Positions 23,581 to 35,886 of a stretch of DNA of 64,000 bases are shown here, piece after piece. This DNA comes from Magallana gigas (Eukaryota). Made by a program: the position numbers and the translations under genes. The number at the start of each line of letters is the position of its first letter. The stretch's first letter is position 1. The DNA lies in the NCBI RefSeq assembly GCF_963853765.1, contig NC_088854.1, positions 23,932,001 through 23,996,000 of the forward strand, read 5' to 3'. Under the pieces are notes generated by a model that saw only the letters and a list, made by a program, of their open reading frames with translations, did no database searches and was not told where the DNA came from.

Positions 23581-26500
23581 AAGCATATCATTGGTTGTGC
23601 AGTTTATGGAAATAGAATGGACACAAATCCCGTGGCTTGAGACGATGAACACTACAGTGGAGCCTTTATTCTCTCTCAGATTAGGTTATATTGCAGTCTC
23701 CCCAAAATGTCTAGCATTATCTCCTCCCAGAAGCCCCCGAAGGAACTCAGACGCAGATATGAAAGGAGGTGTATATACATGTGAAAATAAATAAAGACAT
23801 GTACTTAGTTGTCACCGTTAGGTATCCATACATGTTATACTATACCTGGGCAATCGCGTACACTGTTCAAAATTAAACTTTTCCCAAAAGTATGATTAAG
23901 TTGAAAATACATGAATTCATTTAAAAAAACCATTATCATTACATACTTATATAGATATTTACCAAAGAACAGTGTACAAAATTGCGCATCCTGAACGATG
24001 ATATTATAAGTTTTATTCATATATTTTTATTACTTGAACAAACGCCTAATAAATAAGACAATGCGATGAATAATACACGCAAAACCCATTTTTAAAATGA
24101 AGCGCGTTTTACATTTGTAGAGAAAAATGTAATCTTAAATAGATACAAATTTAATTATGAGACGATAATAGCAATATGAATATGTATTTTTGTATGATCG
24201 CTCATGCAAAAATTACTTACTTAACCAATGAAAAAAATATATTCTGCCTTACGACAGATCAAAATAAACAATGTACATCTTCGCTCCAATCATCTTTGTG
24301 AATTATAATTTTGAGAAGAAAATTGCAAAAGATGCAGTGACCAATCGCTGGAGACTATCTTCATCTAGATCAAATTTGATAATTGTTTCTTATTATGTTT
24401 TTAAAGGTTTTTGAAAATTTGCTTTCTCGATAGTATTAAAGTAAAAATTGCCGCTTTATAACAACTGGTTATAATTATTTCAATTCATAGTTGAGTGGCT
24501 GAATTACCATAATTATCAGTGAGATCAATATACTAGCTATTAGGTCTAAAATATAAATCAATATGATATTTTAGATATTTTTGTCAATATATACATGTAT
24601 TAAATAATGTTTAGTTTTATATTTATATGAATTTATAAAATCCTCTTTATGGATGAGAAAATCTTACACATGTACTTATATCGGTTAACTTTTTAATGCA
24701 AACCAACATTCATTATTAAGTTTAATACTAATAACACCTTCGAACATTCGGATGAACAATATATGCAGTAAACTATGCCTTTCGTACAGAGCATATTTTG
24801 TCTTCATGATGAATACGCTATTAGCATGATCATATCTCCGATCAGGGCATCAGGTCATTGTATCGACAAATCAGGACATTATACACAGTTACTTTTTATA
24901 TGGTCTATAAAATCTAATCGAACGCATATTTTCATTTTTTTTCTCTTGATTATAGTATTAATAATCAATATGCATAGCCCCAATTACAAAATTATATTTG
25001 AAGTCATTATTTTGACTGTTTATGTATCATCAGGTCATCAGGTCATTATATATAAAAATCAGGACATTATACACATCTATTTTTTAAATGACGAATAAAA
25101 ACATACTGAAAATATGTTTTATTGTTTTGTAATTTTTTTTATAGTAATAAAAACTATTTACAATCATAATCAATAACAAAGAACAAAAATTATTCATAAT
25201 AACAATCTTTATTTTTCATTTTATGGCCCATCAGGTCATCGGGACATTATACACATCAGGTCATTATACAGTTCCCAGATTAGGGGTGTATTCTGATTAG
25301 GTAAGGTGTGAATGCCTGCAGGGCTTCATTTACCCGTGTGTACGTGAAATCCTCCGCTAATCCGTATACACCGAAAGAGATTTAAAAAAACAAATCGACG
25401 AAATAGGGTGTTCAAATTATTGTAAAAATACTCATGTTTTTATTTTCTTTTTTTACTCAGATTCGTAAACAATTTGTAAAAATCTAATCCGCTATCAATA
25501 TTTAATATTCCACAAAGTAATTAGTGATACGGCTATACTGTGATGTACCATACGCTAATGGCCGACAGGTTTATATAAACAAAGACATATTTCAGATACA
25601 TTTAAATGCACATGAGCAAAAAAAATAATGACTCTGAGATAAATTGCAATAAGTGACTACGGGTAGGACCTTTTCTTATAGAGGAAAGCCGGACCTTAAA
25701 TGTTAACATTAAAGGTCCGGCCGGACCATTTTACGAACCGGACCTGATATTATACGACACCGGTCACACCCTCCGTGTGATCCTTGTCACAATTGGGCAT
25801 GTCATAATCGAGGTAAGTGTCAAAATTGGGAAGATGTCTTAATAGGGAAAAACGAAACGTTGATGATTTGATTTGTTTGTGATGGTCAAAATACAAACCT
25901 TGAGCCAACATATGGACCTCCATTACACGTGAGGTAGGATCAGGTGCCTTGGAGGAGTGAGCATCCTGATTGTGCATCAAGATACGTTACTTAACGGTAT
26001 TTTGATGGAAAACAACATGTGTAAATCTCCATTTGTGGAGATGTAAAATCGTGAGAAAATGTGATACACAGCATTTTCAAAGTTACCATTGACCGGCGAT
26101 GAAAAAAGATATTAAGACGATAGACATTTATTTTGACGATATACATTTATTTAACAATAATACAATGTAACGTTTGCTTTCATTGTTAATTCGCTGTTTT
26201 TGTTTTTGTTGTTTTCAAGTTTTGTTATACAACTATTTATTGTATTTTATCTAAAAACCACTGTAGAATAAAATAGAACAAAAATAATTCACTGCATCGT
26301 TTTCTCTCTTTCTCTCTTATTCCCCTGTTTTTGAGGTTTGGTTTTTTTTAATTTAAGACTGCTGCAATTTTGAATTGGAAATCGTTCTTGTATGGATCCG
26401 TCATCGAAAATCCAGGAAGAACATTAGGTGCAAGCGTATCAAAAACTTTACAGTTCAGTACTAAGAAATTATTGCATTAAGGTGTCCTACCCATCTTAAA

Positions 26501-27355
26501 TCTGACTAAAGGCAGGCGTTTAGACATCCAAAAAGATAAATCTTAGTAAAACTTTGAATGCAGGATATCCGGGGAAAAAATTACTTGGTTTTTACTTGGA
26601 CATTGAAAAGATGTCCATATTTCATTTCAATATCGACAACTAAAAAGTTCGGGTTTTCTGTAAAATTTAATAATATGCTTTGATTTCCTTTTGACTGCTT
26701 CAGAGGAGTATAATGCAGGATATTCTAGAATAGATGCAAAGATTAGCCATTATTGTGCGCTTTACCTAATCCACCGAAACAGACAATTCAGTATATTTAC
26801 AGACTTTTTAGATCATATCTTGTAAAATAATAAATGATCGACACATTAAAAAAATTAATTTTTTTTTTAAATTCAGCTGTAGTTAAATGTATTTGTATCA
26901 TTTAAGGTTTGTGTGGTTTTGGAAGTTTCATGGATATTAGATGGAACCAAAAAAGTTTATGTGTTGATGCAAAATAGAAAGATATTAAAAGGGAATGGAT
27001 TTCGAAAACTGATATGTATTTTTTTTTTCCTTGAATATCCAGCATATAAAATGCATTATTTAAAATAATCAGCAAAACCACATAGTATATAAATTTCCCT
27101 CATTTGCAAGTAAGAATATTTATGGAGTAAAATGCAGTTGACATTTTAAAGTATCTTCTTTGGCGTTGGATACGTGTAAACAAATCCGATTGGAGTACTA
27201 GACAATTTTATTCAGGTTTAGGGCCTGTCAGTCCTCACATTGTATATCACTCCCCCTCATAAAACGCCAGGAAGATGATAAAAATAACGTTGTTAAGTAT
27301 TTAACCTATATAGAATCTCTTGTTTTAGCAAATATATGAGAACACGTGTTGTGAA

Positions 27356-30010
27356 ATGGTGAAGGTAAATTTTCTTCTGTGTTGCGTGAATACCTTGCTA
27401 ATGTCAGAGGCAATTTTTTTGCCACGTTCGACTTGTGTAACTGATCCAGTATTTTCAAATTGTTTGTGTATCAAGTCGAGTGATCAGATAGTAGCTGACT
27501 GTTCTCACTTGAGAATACACGTTTCACCTATATTTACACCAGTTGTACAGACAGTGAATCTAAGTTTCAACGAGTTGGAGTACGGCCCAGTTCCAGGATC
27601 CCTACCTGCTGGTCTTCAACGTTTAGATCTATCCCATAACAAAATCAAGTTCTTTCCTTCATCAGCGTTCGATGGTTTATACTTGCTTCAAATCTTAAAC
27701 ATTAGCTCCAATCACCTGGCATTAGACGACAGTACTTTCTTCAAAGATGTATTTGCAGATTTAAAATCCTTGCGGCATTTGGAGATGCAAAACAACTCTC
27801 GCATTTTTTCGAATCATTCGACTGATATGTACCCAGGACATGCGTTACAAGCCTTAATGTCTCTCCGTTCACTATCAATTGACGGGTTGCCAAGTTATAA
27901 ATTTGGTAAGGAGTTTTCAAAGCTTCAAAATTTGTCGCAACTGAATTTATCCAGTGGTTATTGTAATTTGAGTGTATATGGACTAACTGAAACTTACTTT
28001 AAAAATCTACCACATTTGCAAGTTTTGAATTTAAAGAGTTGTCATATCAAAAACATCCATAACGATACGTTTTCTCTTTTACAAAATCTTACATACTTGG
28101 ATATTTCCAATAATAACTTATTAACTTTCTGTGGGTTCAAGAATGCTTCAGATGGACTTATAGGATCCCCAATCAAAATATTCAAAGCAAATCGAATATA
28201 CTGTGCAGTAGGCAAATCGACATTCGTAAGTCGAAAATTTTTCAAATCTCTCCGTAAAACTTCCTTGGAGGAACTATACCTTGATGACAATAAGATTGAC
28301 TACGGAGAATTTAAGATTGCTGCCGAGCTACCAGTGACGCTCAGAAAATTATCTCTAAATGGCAATAAACTGTCTCTAGGTCGCTACATCTTCCAAAACG
28401 TCTCAGACCTGATAGGTCTGAGGGAGGTGGATATCAGTTATCAGAACAGGCACATTACAGGACCATTTGTGGATCAATATAATTGCCATGATTATAGAGA
28501 GTCCAAAAAATGTGAGTGCGAAACAAATACAGATTTCTTAACTGATACAACTTTTATTATGAATTTGATGTCACCAAATATCCATTCAAAGCCTACGGAC
28601 GTGTATAACATGCAAGAGAAATCATGCGACCAACCAATAGAAATGATTACTATATTGCCACCGTATTTGACCTCAATAAATTTTGAATATTCAAAAGTTG
28701 GAGACACCATTCCATTCATGCATTTGATGTACGATCACTTGTATAGACTGAACTTGCGAGGAAATGCGTTAACTAGATGGATTGGTCCTGTATGCAATGC
28801 CACAAGTATGCGCTATCTTGATCTTTCAGAAAATCTCTGCTCTTATGTGTCGAAAGCCTTTTTTAAAGAATTAATTGGTCTTGAGACTTTGCTTCTTGAC
28901 AAAAATTATTTGGTATATTCACTAAGGAACGATCAAAACGGTGACATTTTCCGCTGTTTAAGAAATCTCCAAAATATTAGCATTGCAAACAACCAACTAG
29001 ATGACCTCCCTAGAAAAATCTTTAATGGACTTATTAATCTCAAAGTGTTGAACCTCAGCACCAACGCTATAAGTGATGTCAAGATTGACATTCATCACAT
29101 GGAGAAACTTAGCGTCTTGGATCTCTCTCATAACTATATTCGCTTCTTTGACGGAAGTTTAACGTCACAGATAGATCTAGTACCCTATAGTTCATTGTCT
29201 ATAAGTCTAGAAAACAATCCATTAGAATGTTCCTGTCGCTCTCTGTCATTCTTGAAATGGTTTCAGCAAAAAACGAACTCGCATTCTGTAACGTTTATAA
29301 ATTATCATCTGTATAACTGTTCGGATGAAAATGGACACCTTCTAAACAATGGGTTTGCTCAATTAGATGTCGTGGTACAAAAACTTGAAGTTCAATGTAG
29401 AAAAATTGAGTGGTATGTGTTATTAATTGTTATATTTTTGACCTGCTTCGTTTTGTTTATTCTTAGTATTTTCATCATTTATAGACACAAATGGAAAATT
29501 CGATATTTTATTTATTTGGCTAAGCGCGAAATGTTCAAGAAAGGTTACGAACGTCTGGGAGACAATACTGACTTCAAATATGACGTTTTCGTCTCTTACG
29601 CAGAGAGAAACAGGTCTTTTGCTACAAAAGATGTCGTCACACGACTGGAGGAAGAAGCAGGATTCAAAGTTTGTCTCCACGACAGGGACTTCGTTCCTGG
29701 TACGGACATATCTGATAACATCATTGGCGCCATTCGTCATAGCAGAAAGATCATCTTTATAGTATCTTCCCATTTCATCAAGTCTGATTGGTGTATGTAT
29801 GAATTCCATATGGCAAGGTATGAAGAAACAGTAGTGCGTAAACGAAACTGCACAATATTCATATTCCTTGGAGATATTCCTTTGGCAGATTTGCCTTACA
29901 AAATTGCGCAAGTGAGAGATCAAACTGTTTTCGCTGATTTTCCACGAGATGCCGAAGAAGAATCCAAATTTTGGAATGTTCTTTACGACGCTGTAAATGC
30001 AGAAGCTTAG
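27356..30010 (+). CDS. Toll-like receptor, paralogue of 7452-10100, single coding exon
   Basis: 884-aa ORF: signal peptide, LRRs, NPLECSC LRRCT, TM WYVLLIVIFLTCFVLFILSIFIIY, TIR (YDVFVSY, RDFVPG, FW). Candidate acceptor TTGTTTTAG at 27327-27328. Confidence 0.95.
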   Translation: MVKVNFLLCCVNTLLMSEAIFLPRSTCVTDPVFSNCLCIKSSDQIVADCSHLRIHVSPIFTPVVQTVNLSFNELEYGPVPGSLPAGLQRLDLSHNKIKFFPSSAFDGLYLLQILNISSNHLALDDSTFFKDVFADLKSLRHLEMQNNSRIFSNHSTDMYPGHALQALMSLRSLSIDGLPSYKFGKEFSKLQNLSQLNLSSGYCNLSVYGLTETYFKNLPHLQVLNLKSCHIKNIHNDTFSLLQNLTYLDISNNNLLTFCGFKNASDGLIGSPIKIFKANRIYCAVGKSTFVSRKFFKSLRKTSLEELYLDDNKIDYGEFKIAAELPVTLRKLSLNGNKLSLGRYIFQNVSDLIGLREVDISYQNRHITGPFVDQYNCHDYRESKKCECETNTDFLTDTTFIMNLMSPNIHSKPTDVYNMQEKSCDQPIEMITILPPYLTSINFEYSKVGDTIPFMHLMYDHLYRLNLRGNALTRWIGPVCNATSMRYLDLSENLCSYVSKAFFKELIGLETLLLDKNYLVYSLRNDQNGDIFRCLRNLQNISIANNQLDDLPRKIFNGLINLKVLNLSTNAISDVKIDIHHMEKLSVLDLSHNYIRFFDGSLTSQIDLVPYSSLSISLENNPLECSCRSLSFLKWFQQKTNSHSVTFINYHLYNCSDENGHLLNNGFAQLDVVVQKLEVQCRKIEWYVLLIVIFLTCFVLFILSIFIIYRHKWKIRYFIYLAKREMFKKGYERLGDNTDFKYDVFVSYAERNRSFATKDVVTRLEEEAGFKVCLHDRDFVPGTDISDNIIGAIRHSRKIIFIVSSHFIKSDWCMYEFHMARYEETVVRKRNCTIFIFLGDIPLADLPYKIAQVRDQTVFADFPRDAEEESKFWNVLYDAVNAEA

Positions 30011-30227
30011 ATTATGTTGTAAATTATATTAAAGATTGAGTTTTTGAAACAACTATGATGAATAAGTTGATAAGTCGATCAATTGAACGCTTCTTACCAA
30101 AGTTTCAATGTATATCCTTACCACATGCAATGAAATACAGACCATTAAAGACAATTGAAACAATTTTCATGAAAGCATAACAAATTTAATGGTTTTACAT
30201 TTACATGTACATGCATTTGCCTTTTAA

Positions 30228-30719
30228 AGAGGCATAGTCACGGTTTTGGTCAAACTCTATTTTTATGTTTTTATTATTTACAATGCTTTAGAAATGCATT
30301 TCTAATGATCAAATAAAATTTGAGAGTCATTCGTAGAGTTATAAGCAAGATATGGGGCTCACAATTCTTTGTCATGTAAACAAGGCTCGTGTCCTGTTTT
30401 TTTATACATAGGTTCAATATACCAGTAAAAAGTCTTTTTCCAGCTTATTTGTCTATCTTATTATTTATTTCAAGCATAGATAAGCAGTTTCTAACGCTTA
30501 ACACATTAGTTTTAGGTTTCAAACTGAAATTTTTACTTCAACGTTCAAAATGTAAACAAACGCTATGTAAACAAAGCAAGGAATTTTAAGCTGTGTGACT
30601 CGCTTATAACTCAACAAATGACACTCAAATTCCGGTTGCCTATTAAAATGCCTTTCTGAAGCATTGTAAATATAAAAACCGGAAAAATAATTTTTGACCG
30701 AAATCGTGACCATGCCCCT
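30228..30719. mobile_element. Kolobok-like MITE, TTAA TSD
   Basis: TTAA at 30224-30227 and 30720-30723; TIR AGAGGCATAGTCACGGTTTTGGTC vs reverse complement of the right end AGGGGCATGGTCACGATTTCGGTC; purine-purine termini with a TTAA TSD. Confidence 0.8.
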
Positions 30720-31689
30720 TTAAAAGATTTTACTGCATTTGTTATATTGCTATGTGGAGGTTGAATTACCTGTGCATGCAAGTTAGTGGTTGGGGGTTTT
30801 TTCTCTCAAAATTTACTTTCTTAAATTTTACATATAACTTTTGGGAAACAGGGGCTTAAAAATGCAACAAAATAAGCACTGTTTATTGGACTCAGGGAGT
30901 TGTCTACTCGATGATTATAAGGTTACAGGTTTTGGTTTTTCAACTGCGACAAAGAATTAATTAGAATCAAATATGTAAAATAACTTTTTATGTTTTGAAA
31001 TTTAGAAAAGAAGTCATTTAACTCTAGTTATTATTACATGTTATAAAATTACACAAGTCACTTCAAATGCATTTGAGGGATTTAACAAACTTTTATCGTT
31101 AACTTTTGAAACGAACGACTGGATATAAGGTAGACAGATTAAAGGGGTGTTGCAGATAATCTTATTTAATTTACTAAATCATTTATTACATTTAAATGAC
31201 GCCAGGGTCAGTTATCTACTGTGACCAGTAGATTATAAAAGTGTCAGTAAACATTTTATTTGCCATAATATAGTTAAACTGTGTCCTTGTAATTGTATCA
31301 TTTAAGGATATAATGAATTCATCAATTGTGTGTGCAATGTCCTTGTGCATTTTAAAAGGCTACTTAGAAGGTTTTGAATCAACAGCATTATATCCATGAC
31401 TCCCATTTAAAAAAGCTGTAAAATTGTTTATTTATGAGCCAGCAAAAGCATTTAACATTCTTATAAGAAAATAAAACACATTCCAGAAACAAGTAGTTTA
31501 GGTTATTTTATTCATAATTTGTACACTCTTACACATAGTGTATACAATTATAAAAACATAAAATGATTTTAATATCATTGATTTAATATACAACTCAGTA
31601 ATATTTTTTTTATTTTTTTTTTAATTTAAAAAACATGTCTACAACTATTGGCCGTACAAGTAATAATCTAGGTTATACTATTTTAGCTA

Positions 31690-33657
31690 TTAATTGTTAT
31701 GCTCAACCCTTCTGGCGTATTTGAATACCCAGACCGTTGATTTTGTGTCCCCTACCCATAAGTGTCCTTCTTTGTCTAGTGCTAATGCGTTTGGTCCACG
31801 AATTCCGTAGTTTTCGGTAATTAAAAACCCGATGAACTGTCCGCTTAAATCCAAGAGATGTATCGCATGATTGCTCCAGTCTGCAACTAGGACATGACCA
31901 TGTTTGTCCGACACGATGCCAAATGGATTAAAGGGCTTCTTCATCCGATAATCCCTTTGTCCAACATATTTGTTCTTTACGAAACCATCGAGGGTAATTG
32001 TGGTCGTATGAACCTCAGCTTCCTCTCGGTCTGACACCACGATATCTCCCAGCATATTTTCGTGGAGACGATAAGGGGCGGTAAAAATGGCGCTGAATCC
32101 ATCGTCTTCCAGCATGTCTATAATTTTCCCCGCCTCATTGATGCGAATGATCATGCGTCTTGAGTTTGAGTTCCTTGTGGTTACGTAGCTGTCGACTGCG
32201 CAGACGAGGAGCTCATTTCGTTTAGTGTATGTCATCCCACCAGGGTACAAATCGAGTTTTACAAAGTCTGTTTGCTTCAGGTCACCATCTAACTTTATAA
32301 TTTTCTTGTCGTCGTAACTAGAGACTAAAATGTCGCCGTTTGGTTTGGTAATGATATCATCGATCTGGATGTCTAGTTTAACCGTTCTGAGTTTCTCTCC
32401 TTCTCTTGTGTAAAGATGCATTTCCTGAGTACCCCATCCGTTGCATATCCAGGCTTCTCTCTCTGAAAGTGGTGCTATAGCGTGTATTGTGTCGATGTGA
32501 TTTGCAACCTTGAAGCTGTACATGAGTTGCACGTCAAAGTTCAATGCTATCCTCAGCCCCCATGGAATTGGCAACATGGGCAGCTTTATATCTGTTGTGT
32601 CGCATGATCCAAACATCTCTTCTAGATTGGAACCGTGTGATTCTCCAACGTGGAAGTTACTGCTGACAGCGGGTGTCAGCCCTACCTGTGGAATCTCCTT
32701 ATCAGCGTGTTTGAACCTGTTCTGTAGCTTCTGACACATCAGTACCACCTCGCTGTCACTCCCGAGGTTTATTGCTTCTTCTGCTGACTTTGTAATGGTG
32801 GATACGGAACGAAGTGTATTTTCGATGGTTTTAGTGTGGGTGTCTATTCTGTTGAATTCGTTCTTTGCCTTTCCTTCCACTCCTTCTACCAAAGCATTGC
32901 AGATTTTTTGAAGTTCTTCTTGTATGTACTTATAGCGAGTTTTGATTTCTTGAACGGTTTGTTCGGCATAGTCGCCCAAAAGCTTTTTGGTTGAGTTGAG
33001 TTCATGGAGGTAGTCTTGCAAGCAAGGGAGGTATTCGTGCATACTCTGAATCATTGGCTTTACTTTATTTCTCTTCTCTTTTGCCCCCTCTACAATGTTC
33101 TTGTAACGATGTCCCTTGTGTTCTGAAACTTTTGTGACGCAGTCTTTGCAAATCGGAGTTTCGCACAAAATACAGTAGTATATCGTTTCTTCGTTGTGTT
33201 TTTCACAGAAATGCCTATGTGTAAGTTTTGTAACGCTTTTCGAATCTGGTGCCGAAAGCTCTACCACGTGATGATCACGTGTCTCATTAGCTTTTGAATG
33301 GCGGGAAATGCAAGGCTTACACATATTACTATTACATTCCAGACATCTTGAGTGAGCCTGCTTTTCGCTTTCTTTACAGGAGTCGCACTTACTGTTTGTT
33401 GAGAACACTGCACTAGCTTGAATAGCCCTGACGTAGAAATTCTGGTGAAGTCCCTTGACCCCTGCCTTGGGGATATGGATGTCCATATGACACAACGGGC
33501 ATGGGAAGGATACTTTAGAGTGGGTGCTGTGTACGTGTCTCTCCAAACACTCGCAGCAGTAAGTGTGGAAACAGTCCAGAATACGTGGATCATTGTATCG
33601 TTTGTGGCACAGTCCACACATCAAGGGGTCAGAGTTGGAGTCTGGAGGGTCCGCCAT
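31690..33657 (-). CDS. TRIM-NHL E3 ubiquitin ligase (RING, two B-boxes, coiled coil, NHL repeats; TRIM2/3/71-like, no filamin domain seen), intronless CDS
   Basis: C3HC4 RING CGLC..CFHTYCCEC..CPLC; B-box1 CDSC..CLEC..CKPC..H; B-box2 CEKH..CILC..CKDC..H; helical coiled-coil region; NHL-like repeats (PFGIVSDKHGHVLVADWSNHAIHLL, PNALALDKEGHLWVGD). Confidence 0.92.
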   Translation of the reverse strand: MADPPDSNSDPLMCGLCHKRYNDPRILDCFHTYCCECLERHVHSTHSKVSFPCPLCHMDIHIPKAGVKGLHQNFYVRAIQASAVFSTNSKCDSCKESEKQAHSRCLECNSNMCKPCISRHSKANETRDHHVVELSAPDSKSVTKLTHRHFCEKHNEETIYYCILCETPICKDCVTKVSEHKGHRYKNIVEGAKEKRNKVKPMIQSMHEYLPCLQDYLHELNSTKKLLGDYAEQTVQEIKTRYKYIQEELQKICNALVEGVEGKAKNEFNRIDTHTKTIENTLRSVSTITKSAEEAINLGSDSEVVLMCQKLQNRFKHADKEIPQVGLTPAVSSNFHVGESHGSNLEEMFGSCDTTDIKLPMLPIPWGLRIALNFDVQLMYSFKVANHIDTIHAIAPLSEREAWICNGWGTQEMHLYTREGEKLRTVKLDIQIDDIITKPNGDILVSSYDDKKIIKLDGDLKQTDFVKLDLYPGGMTYTKRNELLVCAVDSYVTTRNSNSRRMIIRINEAGKIIDMLEDDGFSAIFTAPYRLHENMLGDIVVSDREEAEVHTTTITLDGFVKNKYVGQRDYRMKKPFNPFGIVSDKHGHVLVADWSNHAIHLLDLSGQFIGFLITENYGIRGPNALALDKEGHLWVGDTKSTVWVFKYARRVEHNN

Positions 33658-35886
33658 GACGGTACGTCCGTCCGTCCGATTCCTGTTTTAATCCTCTACA
33701 CGAGCGGCGTTCTACACAGTCTTGAGTAACGCAAACACTGCAGGAATGTATCGATTAAATTAATCACAGCTCAAATGATTTTGCATTTTAAACACTGGAC
33801 GTGATAAAAACCAAAGGGCCCGTTTAGGGTGAAGAAAACTCAGCACTTTAAACTCGGTGTAACGAATACCTATTCTAAAAATGATTTTTAAATCAGTGTG
33901 TACTTATTTCCATGGCTGTATCTGTTTAAATGATCAAAAAGCATAAAAAACAATCCAAGGGATAGAATATTCTGAAACATTAAAGAACATCGCCCCGCCG
34001 TGTGTCGTCTGTACATGTATAGCTTTAAAGACCCTGATCGGTACGAGTCAAAACGCGATGAAAGAATCCCGCAGATCTCTAGTCTGCATTTCAAGTCATT
34101 GATTTTTTTTTTTAAATTCAATATACATTGGGCTTCCCTAAGTAAATAAGCTGAAGTCAGGTGTTTTATCTTGCTGAAGATCTATCAAAAAGCTATTGCG
34201 CAGTTTATAATACGAGACAGCAATTGAAAAATTAAATTTTTTAGAAGTTTAAAAATTGTCAAAATTTACTTTTAATTATTATTTTCTTTTTTTTATATTT
34301 ACATAAGCTTGTGATCACTGGTGCATATATTCTGAAACAAGGTAAAATGGTGGATTTAGTTAATTCACTGAATTTATTGATTCGGATTAAAAAATGGAAA
34401 GGTTTCCGGTTTAATTCATTGGCCTTTATCAGGGGTCAATTTGCGAACGCAGGGCTAAAGCTGTTCTTATTTTGCAAGTTGATACAATGAACTAAAACTG
34501 TTGAATTGGAATTGTTCCAATACACAGCCATCTATTACATGAACAGTGAATATTAATTCTCAAAGAAATATATGTAAAACTTGAAAAAAGATTATACTAA
34601 GAAACTTCTAAAATAACTTTACTCAGTAACTGGGTAAATAATCCATTAGATCTGGCATGTATTTCAACAAATAATTTAAATATTCAGCTGTAGATTTCAA
34701 ACTTTGTTTTTACTTCACGGCAAATATAAAACAACAGGCACATACATAGCAAGGGGGGGGGGGGGGTGCGCTGGCATCCTCACTTTAACTGTTTAATCCA
34801 TATAAAACATATTTGAAAGAAACTGATTAACTTTTACCCCTCTCCCCGTTTACTAGGACAGTGTTAAAAATTAGAGTATAACATTGATCAAAATTTTAAG
34901 ATGTGACCACGCCCCCACGGATTAGGATTTTGATGTTAGGGTATGTACCCCCCATATAGGAACTCTCCAATCTGGAGGTTATTTTGGTGTAACTTCCGCT
35001 TCGAGATATTCGACAACAAAATTTGTCAATTTGAGTTATCAACCACTTTAGATTGTTTTGTGGAATATTCTGTGAATACAGCTTAACATATATAGGGTAT
35101 GCTGAACGCAAGGATGTCTTTCTCCTGGAGCATATAATAGAAGAAGATATAGATATATGAATCCGGTAAACTATATCTTTTAGATTAAACTCTAAATTTG
35201 AATAAAGCATAGTCTTATGGATAATGAATAAAATTATATTACATTATAATTATTTTTTAAATTTTTAATTGAATGAACAGAATGAATGTTATCATTATTC
35301 TGTGCAAAATAATGGAGTGAAAGAAAAAATTCTCCAAATCACGGATATGAAATTCAGCACTGTCAATATCAATATGAGGTTTTCATACAGGAAACGTGAG
35401 TCACATGATGAAGGATTGTGTATTGATAAGCTCCTCTTTATTAAAGTGATAGGATGATGTTCAATTTGTTTACAAATGTACAATGAAAACCCACAAACCT
35501 CCTGAACCTTACATTGTCTTATTGGAAAAAAATTATAATCAAACTTTCCCCAGAAGGCAGAACAGCAGAAGTGATTCTTTTAAGTACACAAATTTATCAG
35601 TGTTTAAGTACTAGATGACATGATTTCATTGTGATCTGGAAATATGCTTTCAATAACTTTTTCTTCAATGTTTGAATTAGAGCATATTTAAGATGTTGGT
35701 TAAATAGTGGAATTTATGAAGGATCTGTATAGGTCCTTGTTCCTGCTTATTGAGATACACAATATTACTATAATTAGTTCATATAAAATCAATGATATGC
35801 GAGTCAGTAGCATGAATTTACACAAACAATGAGCAGATGTCTTTTTATATTACTTCTTAAGGGTTTGACAGATGAACTGGTAAACA

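Larger units (their letters stand above)
19649..25759. mobile_element. Ginger1-type DNA transposon, non-autonomous, 6111 bp
   Basis: Ends TGTCGTATAAT.. / ..ATTATACGACA; ~100-bp imperfect TIRs containing GGTCCGGCCGGACCTTTAAT.TTAACATTTAAGGTCCG; CCGG duplicated at 19645-19648 and 25760-25763. TGT termini, long TIRs and a CCGG TSD are established Ginger1 hallmarks. No integrase ORF seen inside. Confidence 0.8.

Noticed and set aside
19848-23794. ORFs with SLSLSL / ERERER runs
   Set aside because: Translations of (CT)n/(GA)n microsatellites.
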